Source of the DNA: Syntrophorhabdaceae bacterium
GTDB lineage: Bacteria > Desulfobacterota > Syntrophorhabdia > Syntrophorhabdales > Syntrophorhabdaceae
Assembly (NCBI GenBank): GCA_963665295.1
Contig: OY762209.1
Span: 4,352,001-4,416,000 of the forward strand
Direction of reading: 5' to 3'
Length of the DNA stretch: 64,000 nucleotides
Shown: in pieces, positions 33,894 through 44,011 of the stretch
How positions within the stretch are numbered: the first letter of the stretch is position 1
Layout: each line of letters starts with the position of its first letter
Notes under the pieces: model-generated
Databases searched by the model: none
Told to the model about the DNA's origin: nothing
Seen by the model: only the letters and a program-made list of their open reading frames with translations
Position numbers and translations under genes: made by a program

Positions 33894-35654
33894 TTACCTG
33901 CCCATTATAATAAACCAGACGATGAAGAAGAAAATGAATAAAGACATCCCGATATAGGCCTGAACCTTTCCGGTCTGCAGCTTCCTGACCACAAAACCCA
34001 AGGTCCTCACTGAAACTGCTGATCCGTCCACCACGCCGTCAATGATATGCTGGTCAAAGGCATAGGAAGCTTTTGCTTTTGCAAAAAGACTCCTCAATCC
34101 TACCGTCCGATACAGCTCGCCCCAGAAAGCGTCCACGGGCGCAATAATCCTGTTGTCAACCCACAGGAAAGCCCTACCTCCCTTTCTGTAGAAGTAATCC
34201 ACATCCAGGTTCATCTTATCCTCGGGTGTCAGTTTCTTCACCAACAGGAAGAACACGAGTCCTGTAAAAGAAAGGATCTGCAGCATCTCCGCGAAATGAT
34301 GCGATGTGTACGGGTGATACTCCGCCTTGAACGGAAGAAGTACATACAATGCGCCGGGAAACACACCGATAAGGAAACACAGAGCTGACGTAAGGCCCAT
34401 AGCCCAAAGCATGTTCTTTGGAGGTTCTTTTGCCTTTATAGGCGCTTCCTTCCCGAAGAACGCAAAGTAGGTCACTTTCAAACCAACGGAGAGGAACGTA
34501 CCGATACCCGCCAGGTTCATGAAGGTGAAGAGCCACAGCCGCCCCGTCTCGTGGGCCGACGCGGTAATCATCGACTTGCTCACAAAACCGCTGAAGAACG
34601 GGAAGCCGGAAATGGATATAGCCCCCACTATGTAGAAAATCATGGTAACAGGCATATATTTGTAAAGGCCACCCAACTGAGACAGCTTTGCCGTGCCCGT
34701 CATGTAGAGAATGGACCCGGCACCCATGAACAGAAGCGCTTTATAAAGTATGTGAGCGAAGGCGTGGGCGCACGCCCCGTTGAGCGCCAACTCCGTGCCG
34801 ATCCCCACTCCCGCCACCATGTAGCCGACCTGACTTACTATATGGTACGCAAGAACCCTGCGGATATCGTTTTCTATCACGGCGTAAAACACCCCGTAGA
34901 CTGTCATTGCCGTCCCAAGAATCGCGAGGATCTCGAAGCCTGCAAATCCCCTCGCGAGCACATAAACTGCTGTTTTCGTGGTAAAGGCGCACATGAGAAC
35001 CGCCCCTTCCACGGTCGACTCCGGATACGCGTCGGGTAGCCATGCATGGAGCGGTATCACCGCAGCGTTAAGGGAGAATCCGGCGAGGATCAGATACTCC
35101 GCCAGTCCCGCCTGCTCCTGCAAAATCCTCGTGAAAACGAAGTTACCCGTCTTCCCGTAGTAAAGCATCATACCCATGAACAAACAGAGTCCGCCGAATA
35201 TGTGCACCAGGAGATACCGGTATCCCGCATCGACCGACTTCTGTTCTCTTCTGTACCAGACCAGGAAGACCGACGAGAACGCCATGACCTCCCAGAAGAT
35301 GAACAGTGTCAGATAATCTCCCGCGAATATGGCCCCGAGTGATCCGCCGATATAGAAGGATCCGGCTATGTAATGACCGTCCTCCTTGCGGTGAAGGCCG
35401 TACAGGGCGCCCAGGAATGCCATGATCGTAAAGACCCATGCGAAAACCAGACTGAGTTTGTCCACCCTGCCTAAAACGATGTCCGTATTGAGAAACCGGA
35501 TCGACCCAAAGACTCCCTCCTGCATGAGGGCCACGTCAATGATAGAGAGAATCGGGATGAGAAGGGCGAAACCCTTCTTTGCCTTGCCCTTAAAAAGGGG
35601 AAGGAGAAGACTCCCGATAAAGAAAAAGATTGCCGGATGCACCCACTTATCCAT
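33894..35654 (-). CDS. Antiporter-like subunit with NuoL-type C-terminal lateral helix (NuoL/MrpA-D hybrid)
   Basis: FWEVM, LHAWLPDAYP, RRVLAYHIVSQVGYM; C-terminal DQHIIDGVVDG...LQTGKVQAY; start ATG 35654. Confidence 0.8.
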   Translation of the reverse strand: MDKWVHPAIFFFIGSLLLPLFKGKAKKGFALLIPILSIIDVALMQEGVFGSIRFLNTDIVLGRVDKLSLVFAWVFTIMAFLGALYGLHRKEDGHYIAGSFYIGGSLGAIFAGDYLTLFIFWEVMAFSSVFLVWYRREQKSVDAGYRYLLVHIFGGLCLFMGMMLYYGKTGNFVFTRILQEQAGLAEYLILAGFSLNAAVIPLHAWLPDAYPESTVEGAVLMCAFTTKTAVYVLARGFAGFEILAILGTAMTVYGVFYAVIENDIRRVLAYHIVSQVGYMVAGVGIGTELALNGACAHAFAHILYKALLFMGAGSILYMTGTAKLSQLGGLYKYMPVTMIFYIVGAISISGFPFFSGFVSKSMITASAHETGRLWLFTFMNLAGIGTFLSVGLKVTYFAFFGKEAPIKAKEPPKNMLWAMGLTSALCFLIGVFPGALYVLLPFKAEYHPYTSHHFAEMLQILSFTGLVFFLLVKKLTPEDKMNLDVDYFYRKGGRAFLWVDNRIIAPVDAFWGELYRTVGLRSLFAKAKASYAFDQHIIDGVVDGSAVSVRTLGFVVRKLQTGKVQAYIGMSLFIFFFIVWFIIMGR

Positions 35655-35892
35655 AGAAATCCTCGTCCTTTGCCAGAAATAAATGGGCAATGCCCTTTGC
35701 TACCTTAATGAGGAGGAAACAGCCCACTATTCCGAACAGGGTCCAGAAGGCGTAAATCTTGTCGATGAGGTAGTGGGCATGGGCCCTCGACAGCATCACA
35801 TCGAACAGTACCAAAGCAACCAGATAGATAATCAATACCTTCTTCAGGGCTGCCATGTGCGATCTTAAAAACTCGATATACCTTAGTATCAT
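35647..35892 (-). CDS. Small two-TM hypothetical subunit within the operon
   Basis: 81 aa, two hydrophobic stretches, overlaps both neighbours. Confidence 0.75.
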   Translation of the reverse strand: MILRYIEFLRSHMAALKKVLIIYLVALVLFDVMLSRAHAHYLIDKIYAFWTLFGIVGCFLLIKVAKGIAHLFLAKDEDFYG

Positions 35893-37361
35893 GAGAAGAG
35901 CCTTCCTATGAGGTGCGTGAAAAAGCCCGGGAAAAGACCAAGGGCAACAGAAATCAGAGATGCCAGCACAAGGGGAACTACCATTGTCATGGGCGCTTCC
36001 TTAATGCCTGCCTTAGTCCAGCCGTGTTTCCTCCCCTGAAAGAATGCCCTTATGGTTATGGGAGCGAAATACGCCACGTTCAGGATCGTGCTCGCCATAA
36101 GGACAATCAATATGGGAATGTTATGGATCTCGAGGGCGCCGTTCAAAAGGTACCATTTCGTGACGAAACCCGCCACGGGAGGCGCGCCGATCATACTCAA
36201 CGAACCAATGGCGAAGGCACCCATAGTAAAGGGCATGGCGTAGCCTATACCCGCCATATCGCTGATCTTCTTCTTGTGAGTGGCCACATAAATCGCCCCG
36301 GCACAGAAGAAGAGGGTGATCTTGCTGAATCCGTGATTGACGATGTGAAGCACCCCGCCTGTAATGCCCGACACATCAAGAAGGGCGACACCCAGGATAA
36401 CGTAGGAGAGCTGACTTACCGTAGAGTAGGCAAGCCGTGCCTTGAGGTCATCCTTCGTGAGAGCGATAATGGACGCCACCAGGATCGTGAATGAAACCAC
36501 ATAGGCCGTACACAGGCCGAGATTGAGGTTCTGAAGTAACTCAACTCCAAAGGTAGAGAGCATGACCCTCGTTATACAGAACACGCCGGCCTTCACGACT
36601 GCGACTGCATGGAGCAGCGCGCTTACCGGTGTGGGAGCGACCATTGCAGAGGGGAGCCAATTGTGGAGAGGCATGATCGCGGCCTTCGCGAACCCCGCGA
36701 TAAAGAGCACGTACGTGACGCTCACCCACACGCTATCCGCGTTTTTGGGGAAGATTCCTCCTGTTATATTGTCTGCGAAATCCAACGTCCCCGTGAACAC
36801 ATAGGTGAGAACCACGGCTGGAAGGAGAAAACCCTTCGACGTTCCCATGAGGTATACGATGTATTTCTTTGCCCCAGCGTATCCTTCCCGATCCTGGTGG
36901 TGGGCGACAAGGGGATATGTAAAAATTGTGATAACCTCATAGAACAGGTAAAGTGAGAAAAGGCTTCCCGAGAAGGCGACTCCCTGCGCTCCCAGGATGG
37001 CGATGGCGAAACACGTATAATACCGCGTCTGCGCGTGTTCATCCAAAGACCTCATGTACCCGATGTTATAGGAGGTCGCGAAGATCCATAGAAAGGACGA
37101 CACGATGCCGAAGATCAACGATAGCGCATCGACTCTGAAGTTAAGCGAAATACCCGGCGCGATAGATGACAGGGTGTAGACAATCCTGCCGCCGTGCATC
37201 ACTAGGGGCACCATGGCCGCTACGGATATGAAGGTCAGCACCGCGCCCGCCAGTGACCAGAATTCGCGGACGTTCGGCTTCTTCCCCGACAACGATATGA
37301 GAAGGGTCGTTATGAGTACGATTATTATAGGTATGAGAGGTTGTGCGCTTTCAATCAACAT
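35889..37361 (-). CDS. Extra MrpD/NuoL-like antiporter subunit
   Basis: LFYEV, KAAIMPLHNWLPSAMVAPTPVSALLHAVAVVKAG, RLAYSTVSQLSY. Confidence 0.85.
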   Translation of the reverse strand: MLIESAQPLIPIIIVLITTLLISLSGKKPNVREFWSLAGAVLTFISVAAMVPLVMHGGRIVYTLSSIAPGISLNFRVDALSLIFGIVSSFLWIFATSYNIGYMRSLDEHAQTRYYTCFAIAILGAQGVAFSGSLFSLYLFYEVITIFTYPLVAHHQDREGYAGAKKYIVYLMGTSKGFLLPAVVLTYVFTGTLDFADNITGGIFPKNADSVWVSVTYVLFIAGFAKAAIMPLHNWLPSAMVAPTPVSALLHAVAVVKAGVFCITRVMLSTFGVELLQNLNLGLCTAYVVSFTILVASIIALTKDDLKARLAYSTVSQLSYVILGVALLDVSGITGGVLHIVNHGFSKITLFFCAGAIYVATHKKKISDMAGIGYAMPFTMGAFAIGSLSMIGAPPVAGFVTKWYLLNGALEIHNIPILIVLMASTILNVAYFAPITIRAFFQGRKHGWTKAGIKEAPMTMVVPLVLASLISVALGLFPGFFTHLIGRLFS

Positions 37362-37367
37362 AGTCTA

Positions 37368-37694
37368 TCAGTCCTTCATCTCCTTGAGCTTATCGCCTTC
37401 AATATGCCCATACCGTCTGAATATAAGAATAATGATGCCAAGGGCGATGGCGGCCTCCGCTGCTGCGATACCCATAATGAAGAGGGTGAATATCTGGCCT
37501 GCCGTATCTCCCGCTCTGGTGAACCGATTGAAGGCTACAAAGTTAACGCCTGCACCATTCATAATCAGTTCAAGGGATATGAGCATCCCTATAAGGGTCC
37601 GTCTGTAGAAGAGACCCAGTATACCGGCACACAGGAGAAACAGGGCGACATAAAGGTAAATGCTCAGATTGTTGTAAAGGAGGGTTCCCGTCAT
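37368..37694 (-). CDS. nuoK: Complex I-like subunit K
   Basis: LISLELIMN, IAAAEAAIAL. Confidence 0.92.
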   Translation of the reverse strand: MTGTLLYNNLSIYLYVALFLLCAGILGLFYRRTLIGMLISLELIMNGAGVNFVAFNRFTRAGDTAGQIFTLFIMGIAAAEAAIALGIIILIFRRYGHIEGDKLKEMKD

Positions 37695-38200
37695 TTTTCC
37701 CCCTTAGAGAAAAGGGCAAGCATAATTGCGCCGATGATACTCACTACGATAAGTAGAGAGATTAGTTCGAAAGGAAGCATATAAGTGTCAAAAAGGGCTC
37801 TTCCGATGTCCTTCGTCGTGATGACCGACAACTTGTTCTCAGTCCGGAAGGTACCTTTGATGAAGGTGACAAATACGAAGAAGCTGAAAACCGGCACGAT
37901 GAGGGCGGTGAGAAGCTTGGATAACGAATTCCATCCTTTGGGCGCCTTCATGTGCAAGTAATGGGGCCCGGCTATCATCACCGCGAAAACGATGAGAATC
38001 GAGATGGCGCCCACGTATATGAGTATCTGCATCATGGCGATAAACGGGGCGTTCAGGTAAATGTAAAGACCCGAAATCCCGAACATGGTGATGATAAGGG
38101 AGATGAGTGCATAGATCATGGAGCTTGCCGCCGCAGTTGCAAGCGCACCAAAGAGGGTAACCGCAATCATAAGGATAAAGACAATTTCGCCGAAGGTCAT
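37691..38200 (-). CDS. nuoJ: Complex I-like subunit J
   Basis: QILIYVGAI, LPFELISLL. Confidence 0.9.
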   Translation of the reverse strand: MTFGEIVFILMIAVTLFGALATAAASSMIYALISLIITMFGISGLYIYLNAPFIAMMQILIYVGAISILIVFAVMIAGPHYLHMKAPKGWNSLSKLLTALIVPVFSFFVFVTFIKGTFRTENKLSVITTKDIGRALFDTYMLPFELISLLIVVSIIGAIMLALFSKGEK

Positions 38201-38644
38201 CTATTTCCTCTTCTCATATTCTTTCACAAGGTCAAATTGACATCCTGCCCTGGTGTATACCGCGATATTGTAATCCGCAGAGAAAGCGAGGGCGTCCACG
38301 GGGCAGACCTCAACACATATGCCGCACTGACTGCACGTGGTGAAATCAAGAACATATTCAGTGCATGTCTTCTTTTTATCGCCTTCTTTCTTCTCTCCCT
38401 CGATCTTTTTTATTGTTCCTGAGGGACAAGCCTTGATGCACGCCATACACACGATGCACTTCGTACGCTCGGGTCTCTCATCGTCGCCGACGAGCTTCGT
38501 ATGACCACGGAACCTCGGCGCCATTTCAAAAGTCCGCCTCGGGTACTGCACGGTTACCACAGGCTGGAACATGGCCTTGATGGTGACTCCCAATCCTGCG
38601 ACAAGGGAGACCGCACCTTTTACGATTTCGAAAGGTAGTATCAT
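38201..38644 (-). CDS. nuoI: Complex I-like subunit I (two 4Fe-4S)
   Basis: TVQYP, CIVCMACIKACP, CSQCGICVEVCP; ATG overlaps nuoH stop. Confidence 0.92.
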   Translation of the reverse strand: MILPFEIVKGAVSLVAGLGVTIKAMFQPVVTVQYPRRTFEMAPRFRGHTKLVGDDERPERTKCIVCMACIKACPSGTIKKIEGEKKEGDKKKTCTEYVLDFTTCSQCGICVEVCPVDALAFSADYNIAVYTRAGCQFDLVKEYEKRK

Positions 38645-39615
38645 AAGAGCTTTAACATTCCTCCCGTTAAGAGCAGCCATAGAAACGAAACCGGTATCAG
38701 TATCTTCCAGGAGAAGTTGAGGAGTTGATCAAATCTGACCCTCGGGAAGGTCCACCTGAACCAGACGATGACGAAGACAAGGCTGAAGGATTTTATGAAG
38801 AACCAGATGATTCCCGGCAGAAAGGGTCCCTGATAGCCGCCCAGGAAGAAAGTCACGGCAACGGCGCTTATAATGAATATGTTCGTGTACTCGGCAAGAA
38901 AGAAGAGTGCAAACCTCATTCCCGAATACTCCGTGTGAAAACCCGCCACCAATTCACTCTCTGCCTCGGCAAGATCGAAGGGCGTCCTGTTCGTTTCGGC
39001 TACGCCTGCAATGAAATAGATGAGGAAGGGAATGGGGTGGTACAGGATGAACCAGCTTCCCTTCTGCGCCTCCACAACGTCCTTGAGGGAAAAGGAACCG
39101 CACATGAGGATGACCGGCAGAAGGGCCAGGAGAAGGGGTATCTCGTAGGCGATATTCTGAGCGACACTTCTCATGGCGCCGATGATCGAATACTTGTTGT
39201 TTGATCCCCAACCCGCAACAAGCAAAGACAGCACCGACAGGGAAGAGAAGGCGAAGATCACCAGGATTCCCACGTTAATGTCTTTTACCTGGAGGAAGGA
39301 GTCAAAGGGTATCACCACAAAGGACACAAGAACAGGGATGAAGATAAGGATGGGGGCCAGGAAGTAAAGCGGTCTCTCCACGTGCTTAGGGGTGATAATA
39401 TCCTTGCCCAGCAATTTCAGCCCGTCGGCAATAGCCTGAATAAGACCGAAAGGACCAACTTCCTTGGGGCCTATCCTCCTTTGCATATGCGCTGAAACCT
39501 TACGTTCCACCCACGTAAGTATGAGTGTGTTGACCACCACCATGGCGATTACGCCCACGAGACCGATGACGGTCCTTACCACTTCCGCTCCCAGTATGTT
39601 TATGATCTCGTTCAT
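38641..39615 (-). CDS. nuoH: Complex I-like subunit H
   Basis: ERKVSAHMQRRIGP, AETNRTPFDLAEAESELVAG. Confidence 0.95.
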   Translation of the reverse strand: MNEIINILGAEVVRTVIGLVGVIAMVVVNTLILTWVERKVSAHMQRRIGPKEVGPFGLIQAIADGLKLLGKDIITPKHVERPLYFLAPILIFIPVLVSFVVIPFDSFLQVKDINVGILVIFAFSSLSVLSLLVAGWGSNNKYSIIGAMRSVAQNIAYEIPLLLALLPVILMCGSFSLKDVVEAQKGSWFILYHPIPFLIYFIAGVAETNRTPFDLAEAESELVAGFHTEYSGMRFALFFLAEYTNIFIISAVAVTFFLGGYQGPFLPGIIWFFIKSFSLVFVIVWFRWTFPRVRFDQLLNFSWKILIPVSFLWLLLTGGMLKLL

Positions 39616-39649
39616 TCGTTTATCTTCTCAGCTTCGCGCGTCACGTTTT

Positions 39650-41224
39650 TCACCTGTCTATCTCCGGTATGACAAGATCAAGGCTTCCCAATATGGAAAT
39701 GGAGTCCGAGAGAAGGGTCCCCTCTGCAAGATACGGAAAAACTATGAGGTTCGAGAAAGAGGGCACCCGCCACCTCATTCTATATGGCGTGTCGGTCCCG
39801 TCACTCACGATGTACACCCCGACCTCTCCCCGTGGGGATTCGACTGTATGGTATACGTCACCCACAGGGGGCTTCATCTTCTTGGGAACCTTTTCTGCGA
39901 CAAAAGGACCGTCGGAAAGGATCTCCAGCGCCTGTTCTATTATTTTCATGCTTACTTCCATGTCGTGCACCCTGATCATGTACCTGTCGAGGGCGTCGCC
40001 GCTTGTTTCGCACGGCACGTCGAAGTTCAGCCGGTCATAGGCCGCGTAAGGCTCCGCTTTTCTGATATCATACGGGATGCCCACACTTCGAAGCACGGGG
40101 CCGGAAAAACCGTATTTTCTGGCTTTCTCCGCGTTCAGGATGCCTATGCCCTTGGTTCTGTTGATGAAAATGACATTTTTGGTAACGAGGGTCTCGTACA
40201 TTTTCAACCGACCGTACATGCGTTTTACAAATGCCCTGGTTCGATCGACAAACTCCTCGTCCACATCATTGTATAGCCCGCCGAATCTCATGTAGCAGTA
40301 GGTGAGCCTCGATCCCGTTACCCTCTCAAGGATATCGTTGATCAACTCCCTGTCGTCGAATATATAAAGGAAAGGTGTGAGCCCTCCAAGGTCTGCGAGG
40401 TAGGCGCCAAGCCAGAGGAGATGGCTTGATATTCTGTTCAGCTCTATAGTGAGCGTCCTCAGCACCTGTGCCCTCTCGGGGACCGCAATGTTGCAGAGTT
40501 TCTCCACGGTGCATACGTAGGCCGCATTAAAACTCATGGGACCCAGGTAATCCATCCTTCCCGTGTTAGGCAGGAACTGCATGTACCCGCGGTTCTCGCC
40601 CATCTTCTCCTGCATGCGGTGGAGGTATCCCAGGACGGGTTCAGCGGACATTACGTACTCGCCGTCCATTTTCAGGACGACTCTCAGCACTCCGTGTGTG
40701 CTTGGATGCTGAGGGCCAAGATTAATATTGAAGGCGTCTTCCTCTTCCCTTACTTTGAATGAAGCAAGACGTTCTCTATCCTCGGGCGGGACGAGCACCT
40801 TCCCCTTACGAAGGGGATAGATGTCTATACCGTCATGAAGGAAGAAATATCCCATATTAGGGTGCCCGTCAAACACTACTCCGAAGAACTCGTGAATCTC
40901 CCTCTCATACCACGCCGTACCGTCGAATATGGTCGACATAGTGTCCACATGGGGATTATCGGGGTCTACCTTGAGCGCTACCTTTACTCTGCACGGGGAT
41001 TGATAGCTGTTAAAAAAGTAGAGAACCTCCAGGTATTCCTTGTAATCGACGCAAAGCATATCTTCGAGATAGAACTTTTCGTCATCAAAGAATTGCACTA
41101 TGTTGCGGAGGTTGTCCTTCGACGCGGACACACTGACGTGGTAGCCTCTTTCCGAATAGGCTATTTCCGTGGGTTCCGCTCCGGCGACGGCCGTTTTGAG
41201 TTTTTGTATGACGTCTGTTACCAT
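39650..41224 (-). CDS. nuoCD: Fused complex I-like subunits C and D
   Basis: [16 protein letters not shown] then [24 protein letters not shown]; no NiFe CxxC motifs. Confidence 0.92.
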   Translation of the reverse strand: MVTDVIQKLKTAVAGAEPTEIAYSERGYHVSVSASKDNLRNIVQFFDDEKFYLEDMLCVDYKEYLEVLYFFNSYQSPCRVKVALKVDPDNPHVDTMSTIFDGTAWYEREIHEFFGVVFDGHPNMGYFFLHDGIDIYPLRKGKVLVPPEDRERLASFKVREEEDAFNINLGPQHPSTHGVLRVVLKMDGEYVMSAEPVLGYLHRMQEKMGENRGYMQFLPNTGRMDYLGPMSFNAAYVCTVEKLCNIAVPERAQVLRTLTIELNRISSHLLWLGAYLADLGGLTPFLYIFDDRELINDILERVTGSRLTYCYMRFGGLYNDVDEEFVDRTRAFVKRMYGRLKMYETLVTKNVIFINRTKGIGILNAEKARKYGFSGPVLRSVGIPYDIRKAEPYAAYDRLNFDVPCETSGDALDRYMIRVHDMEVSMKIIEQALEILSDGPFVAEKVPKKMKPPVGDVYHTVESPRGEVGVYIVSDGTDTPYRMRWRVPSFSNLIVFPYLAEGTLLSDSISILGSLDLVIPEIDR

Positions 41225-41730
41225 TTAGCCTCTGGTTTAGGGAATCGTCTTGTCCCGGTCAGTTTTTCTTCGAGTTTGAGGAAGCCTTCAAGAAGGGCTT
41301 CGGGTCTCGGGGGGCAACCGGGAACGTACACATCCACGGGGACGAGCTGGTCAACCCCTTCGATAACATTGTATTGACCCTCGAACAGAAAAGGGCCTCC
41401 CGATATGGCACAATTACCCATGGCTATTACCCATTTGGGTTCCGGCATTTGATCATACAGAGTTTTGAGGAGGGGCGCCATTTTCTTTGTGACAGTCCCT
41501 GAAACGATCATCACATCTGCCTGACGGGGGGATGCCCGGAAAATCTCAGCGCCGAATCTTGCCAGATCGAACCGTGCCATAGCCACTGCCATCATCTCGA
41601 TTGCGCAGCACGCAAGGCCGAAGGTCATGGGCCAGAGGGAGTTCGCACGGGCGAGATTGAGGACGTCGTCGAGAAGCGCGAATTTTATTATAGGATCTTT
41701 CGTTTCCAGGTAAACACTCCTTTTCCCCAC
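41218..41730 (-). CDS. nuoB: Complex I-like subunit B (start GTG 41730 or CTG 41709)
   Basis: [31 protein letters not shown]. Confidence 0.94.
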   Translation of the reverse strand: MGKRSVYLETKDPIIKFALLDDVLNLARANSLWPMTFGLACCAIEMMAVAMARFDLARFGAEIFRASPRQADVMIVSGTVTKKMAPLLKTLYDQMPEPKWVIAMGNCAISGGPFLFEGQYNVIEGVDQLVPVDVYVPGCPPRPEALLEGFLKLEEKLTGTRRFPKPEAKW

Positions 41731-42071
41731 GCATAGATTATGGCGAGAGCGAGAATGAGCACAAAGGCGAGGAGTGAGTAAAACTCGTAAACCTTGGCCC
41801 CTTTCGTGTAGCTCAACGCCACGGGGAAGAGATAAAGGACATCAACGTCAAAGGCTATGAATATGAGAGCGTATATATAATAGGCGGCGCTGTATCTGAT
41901 CCATGCACCGCCAAAAGGTTCAACGCCGCACTCATAGGTGGCAAAGGTTTTCTTGCCCCTTGTACGAGGTGCCAGGAGGTAGGAGATTCCTACGGGTACC
42001 AATGTGAAAATAATCGCCACCACGAAGAAAACAAGGACGTGAAAGAATTCCGGTAAGCTGTCCGCTATCAT
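41688..42071 (-). CDS. nuoA: Complex I-like subunit A
   Basis: [24 protein letters not shown]. Confidence 0.92.
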   Translation of the reverse strand: MIADSLPEFFHVLVFFVVAIIFTLVPVGISYLLAPRTRGKKTFATYECGVEPFGGAWIRYSAAYYIYALIFIAFDVDVLYLFPVALSYTKGAKVYEFYSLLAFVLILALAIIYAWGKGVFTWKRKIL

Positions 42072-42126
42072 TGTAGGGTCTCCATTGTTAGCCTGTGGTT
42101 AATATTTAGTATGATTGCCGATCGTC

Positions 42127-42157
42127 TGTCAAGACATTTTTGTGAAAAGTTTCTCAT
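42127..42157 (-). promoter_or_regulatory. -35 hexamer and Rex-like palindrome upstream of nuoA
   Basis: Minus strand TTGACA (42132-42127); TTGTGAAAAGTTTCTCAT at 42140-42157. Confidence 0.5.
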
Positions 42158-42627
42158 GACATGCAATTTTTTCAGATTGAATACCTGCCTGACTGGACGG
42201 CCCCTTTCTCCTTGAAATATGGCCTCCGTTTATATTCCATACTGGATGCAGAATCTTTCCGGGCGGAGACCATTGCGGCGAGTTACGGCGAACCCGGGTC
42301 GGCGGCAGGATTCATCCAAGAAACCTGGGCTGCCTCTTCCGGCAGCAGTACCCTGCAAGCAGGCATACGCCGTTATAGCCGTATTATCAGTGGCTTCCGA
42401 TAATATCTGAATCCGGCCGCCTCTTGCGTTGAAGGTCAAACATATCCGAATTTTCACAATCTCCGGGATTTGTACACAGTTCTTGACCGAAAGCGGCCCG
42501 AAGGCGTTCCCTCCGGGAAATGAAGACCGGCCTGCGTCGGGCGGCAGTTGACGGACGTATTACAAGGATATAGTATCCAAGTGATATTGCGGGATTTCAA
42601 AAACGAATAAGCAGGAAAGGAGGAAAT

Positions 42628-42831
42628 ATGCCATATGTAAACTTTAAGGTGACAAGGGAAGGTGTTACGCCCGACCAGAAGGCGAAGCTGATCGAGGGAG
42701 TAACCAAATTGCTCCATGACGTCCTCGGCAAGAATCCCAACACCGTGTTCGTAGTCATCGACGAAGTAGATACGGATAACTGGGGCGTGGGCGGAGAAAC
42801 GATCACCGCGAGACGGCAAAGGGAGAAATAA
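42628..42831 (+). CDS. 4-oxalocrotonate tautomerase family protein
   Basis: Pro after Met (MPYVN), EVDTDNWGVGG; SD AGGAGG. Confidence 0.9.
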   Translation: MPYVNFKVTREGVTPDQKAKLIEGVTKLLHDVLGKNPNTVFVVIDEVDTDNWGVGGETITARRQREK

Positions 42832-42969
42832 TCCTCCCTCTTCCTCCGGACCCTGCCCGGAACAGCGGAACGCGGGCGAGAAACAAGGTGGAGGATTTCG
42901 CCGTCCTCTGGTATAATGGCATCGTTATCGCCCTTGCGCCCGAGAAAAACAATTAAGGAGAAACAGCCA

Positions 42970-43785
42970 GTGACCATCAAGAGTTCCCCGTGGGAAAACC
43001 GTGCGACAGAGAAAAAGGGAGACCGGCAGTCCGCGGCCGCAGAGGATGAGACGGCCGATTTTGGATTTCAGAAGATTCCGGCTCGGGAAAAGGTAAATTG
43101 GGTGCGCAACCATTTCGATGTGGTGGCGGAAAAGTACGACATGATGAATACCCTCCTGAGCTTCGGCATCCATTACCTCTGGAAAAGAACAGCCATACGC
43201 ATGTTGGGCCTGAAACCCGGAGACCGGGTCCTCGACGTATGCGGGGGGACGGGCGACCTTTCCATCCTTGCCACAAGAAGAATTCGGCCCTCCGGACAGG
43301 TAGTCCTTTATGATATCAACAGAAAGATGATGGTGGCAGGGAGAAGCAAAGGGACCAATGCACGGGCGAGACAGCAAATCATGTTCGTCCAGGGTGATGC
43401 CGAGTGCATCGCCTTCGGCTCAGGAGACTTTGATGCGGCCATGGTGGGATTCGGTGTGCGAAACCTCACCCATATGGAACAGGGTTTCCGCGAAATCCAC
43501 CGCGTCCTCAAACCCGGCGGCAGGCTCATGTGCCTTGAATTCTCAAAACCCGTCTTTCCTCCTTTCCGCCTGCTCTATGACTTCTATTCTTTCTCCATCA
43601 TGCCCCTCCTCGGTAGTCTTATCGTAGGCTCCGCCAAGGCATACACCTATCTACCCGAGTCCATCCGTCTGTTTCCTTCGCCGGACGAACTCGCCGACCT
43701 TCTGAGAGAAATAGGCTTCCGTGACGTCACTTATCGAAGGGTTTCGAACGGTATTGCCGCGGTTCACGTAGGCACCAAAGTCTAA
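42970..43785 (+). CDS. ubiE: UbiE/MenG quinone C-methyltransferase
   Basis: FDVVAEKYDMMN..LSFGIH..WK, LDVCGGTGD, GFGVRN, YTYLPESI; SD AAGGAG then GTG 42970. Confidence 0.9.
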   Translation: MTIKSSPWENRATEKKGDRQSAAAEDETADFGFQKIPAREKVNWVRNHFDVVAEKYDMMNTLLSFGIHYLWKRTAIRMLGLKPGDRVLDVCGGTGDLSILATRRIRPSGQVVLYDINRKMMVAGRSKGTNARARQQIMFVQGDAECIAFGSGDFDAAMVGFGVRNLTHMEQGFREIHRVLKPGGRLMCLEFSKPVFPPFRLLYDFYSFSIMPLLGSLIVGSAKAYTYLPESIRLFPSPDELADLLREIGFRDVTYRRVSNGIAAVHVGTKV

Positions 43786-43956
43786 CCCCTCCCCTGCGCC
43801 CATACCGGAACGGAAATATGCCCGAAGATGGTCACCCCGGAGCATCCCCGCGACCCCCCCGGCGACCCGCGTGAGTCGGCCGCCCCTCCCCTTCGCCTGA
43901 CGGGCCCCGATCAGCCTTTCACGAAGCTCTCCCGGCGCCCGGACGCCCGATTGGCC

Positions 43957-43986
43957 TTGACTTGTAACCCCGGTAGAATATATAAT
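43957..43986 (+). promoter_or_regulatory. Sigma70-type promoter of the aspS cluster
   Basis: TTGACT, 18 nt, TATAAT. Confidence 0.6.
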
Positions 43987-44011
43987 AAATGACTTTTTAA
44001 GGGGGTATACT

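Noticed and set aside
39650..41730. Group 4 NiFe hydrogenase (Ech/Hyf-like)
   Set aside because: The large subunit has RMDYL and DLVIPEIDR in place of the two CxxC Ni-binding motifs, and the small subunit has the complex I CC motif
42161..42457. Small ORFs upstream of the tautomerase, and likewise at 16835-17074, 26158-26370 and 62140-62352
   Set aside because: No family motifs or convincing coding signal
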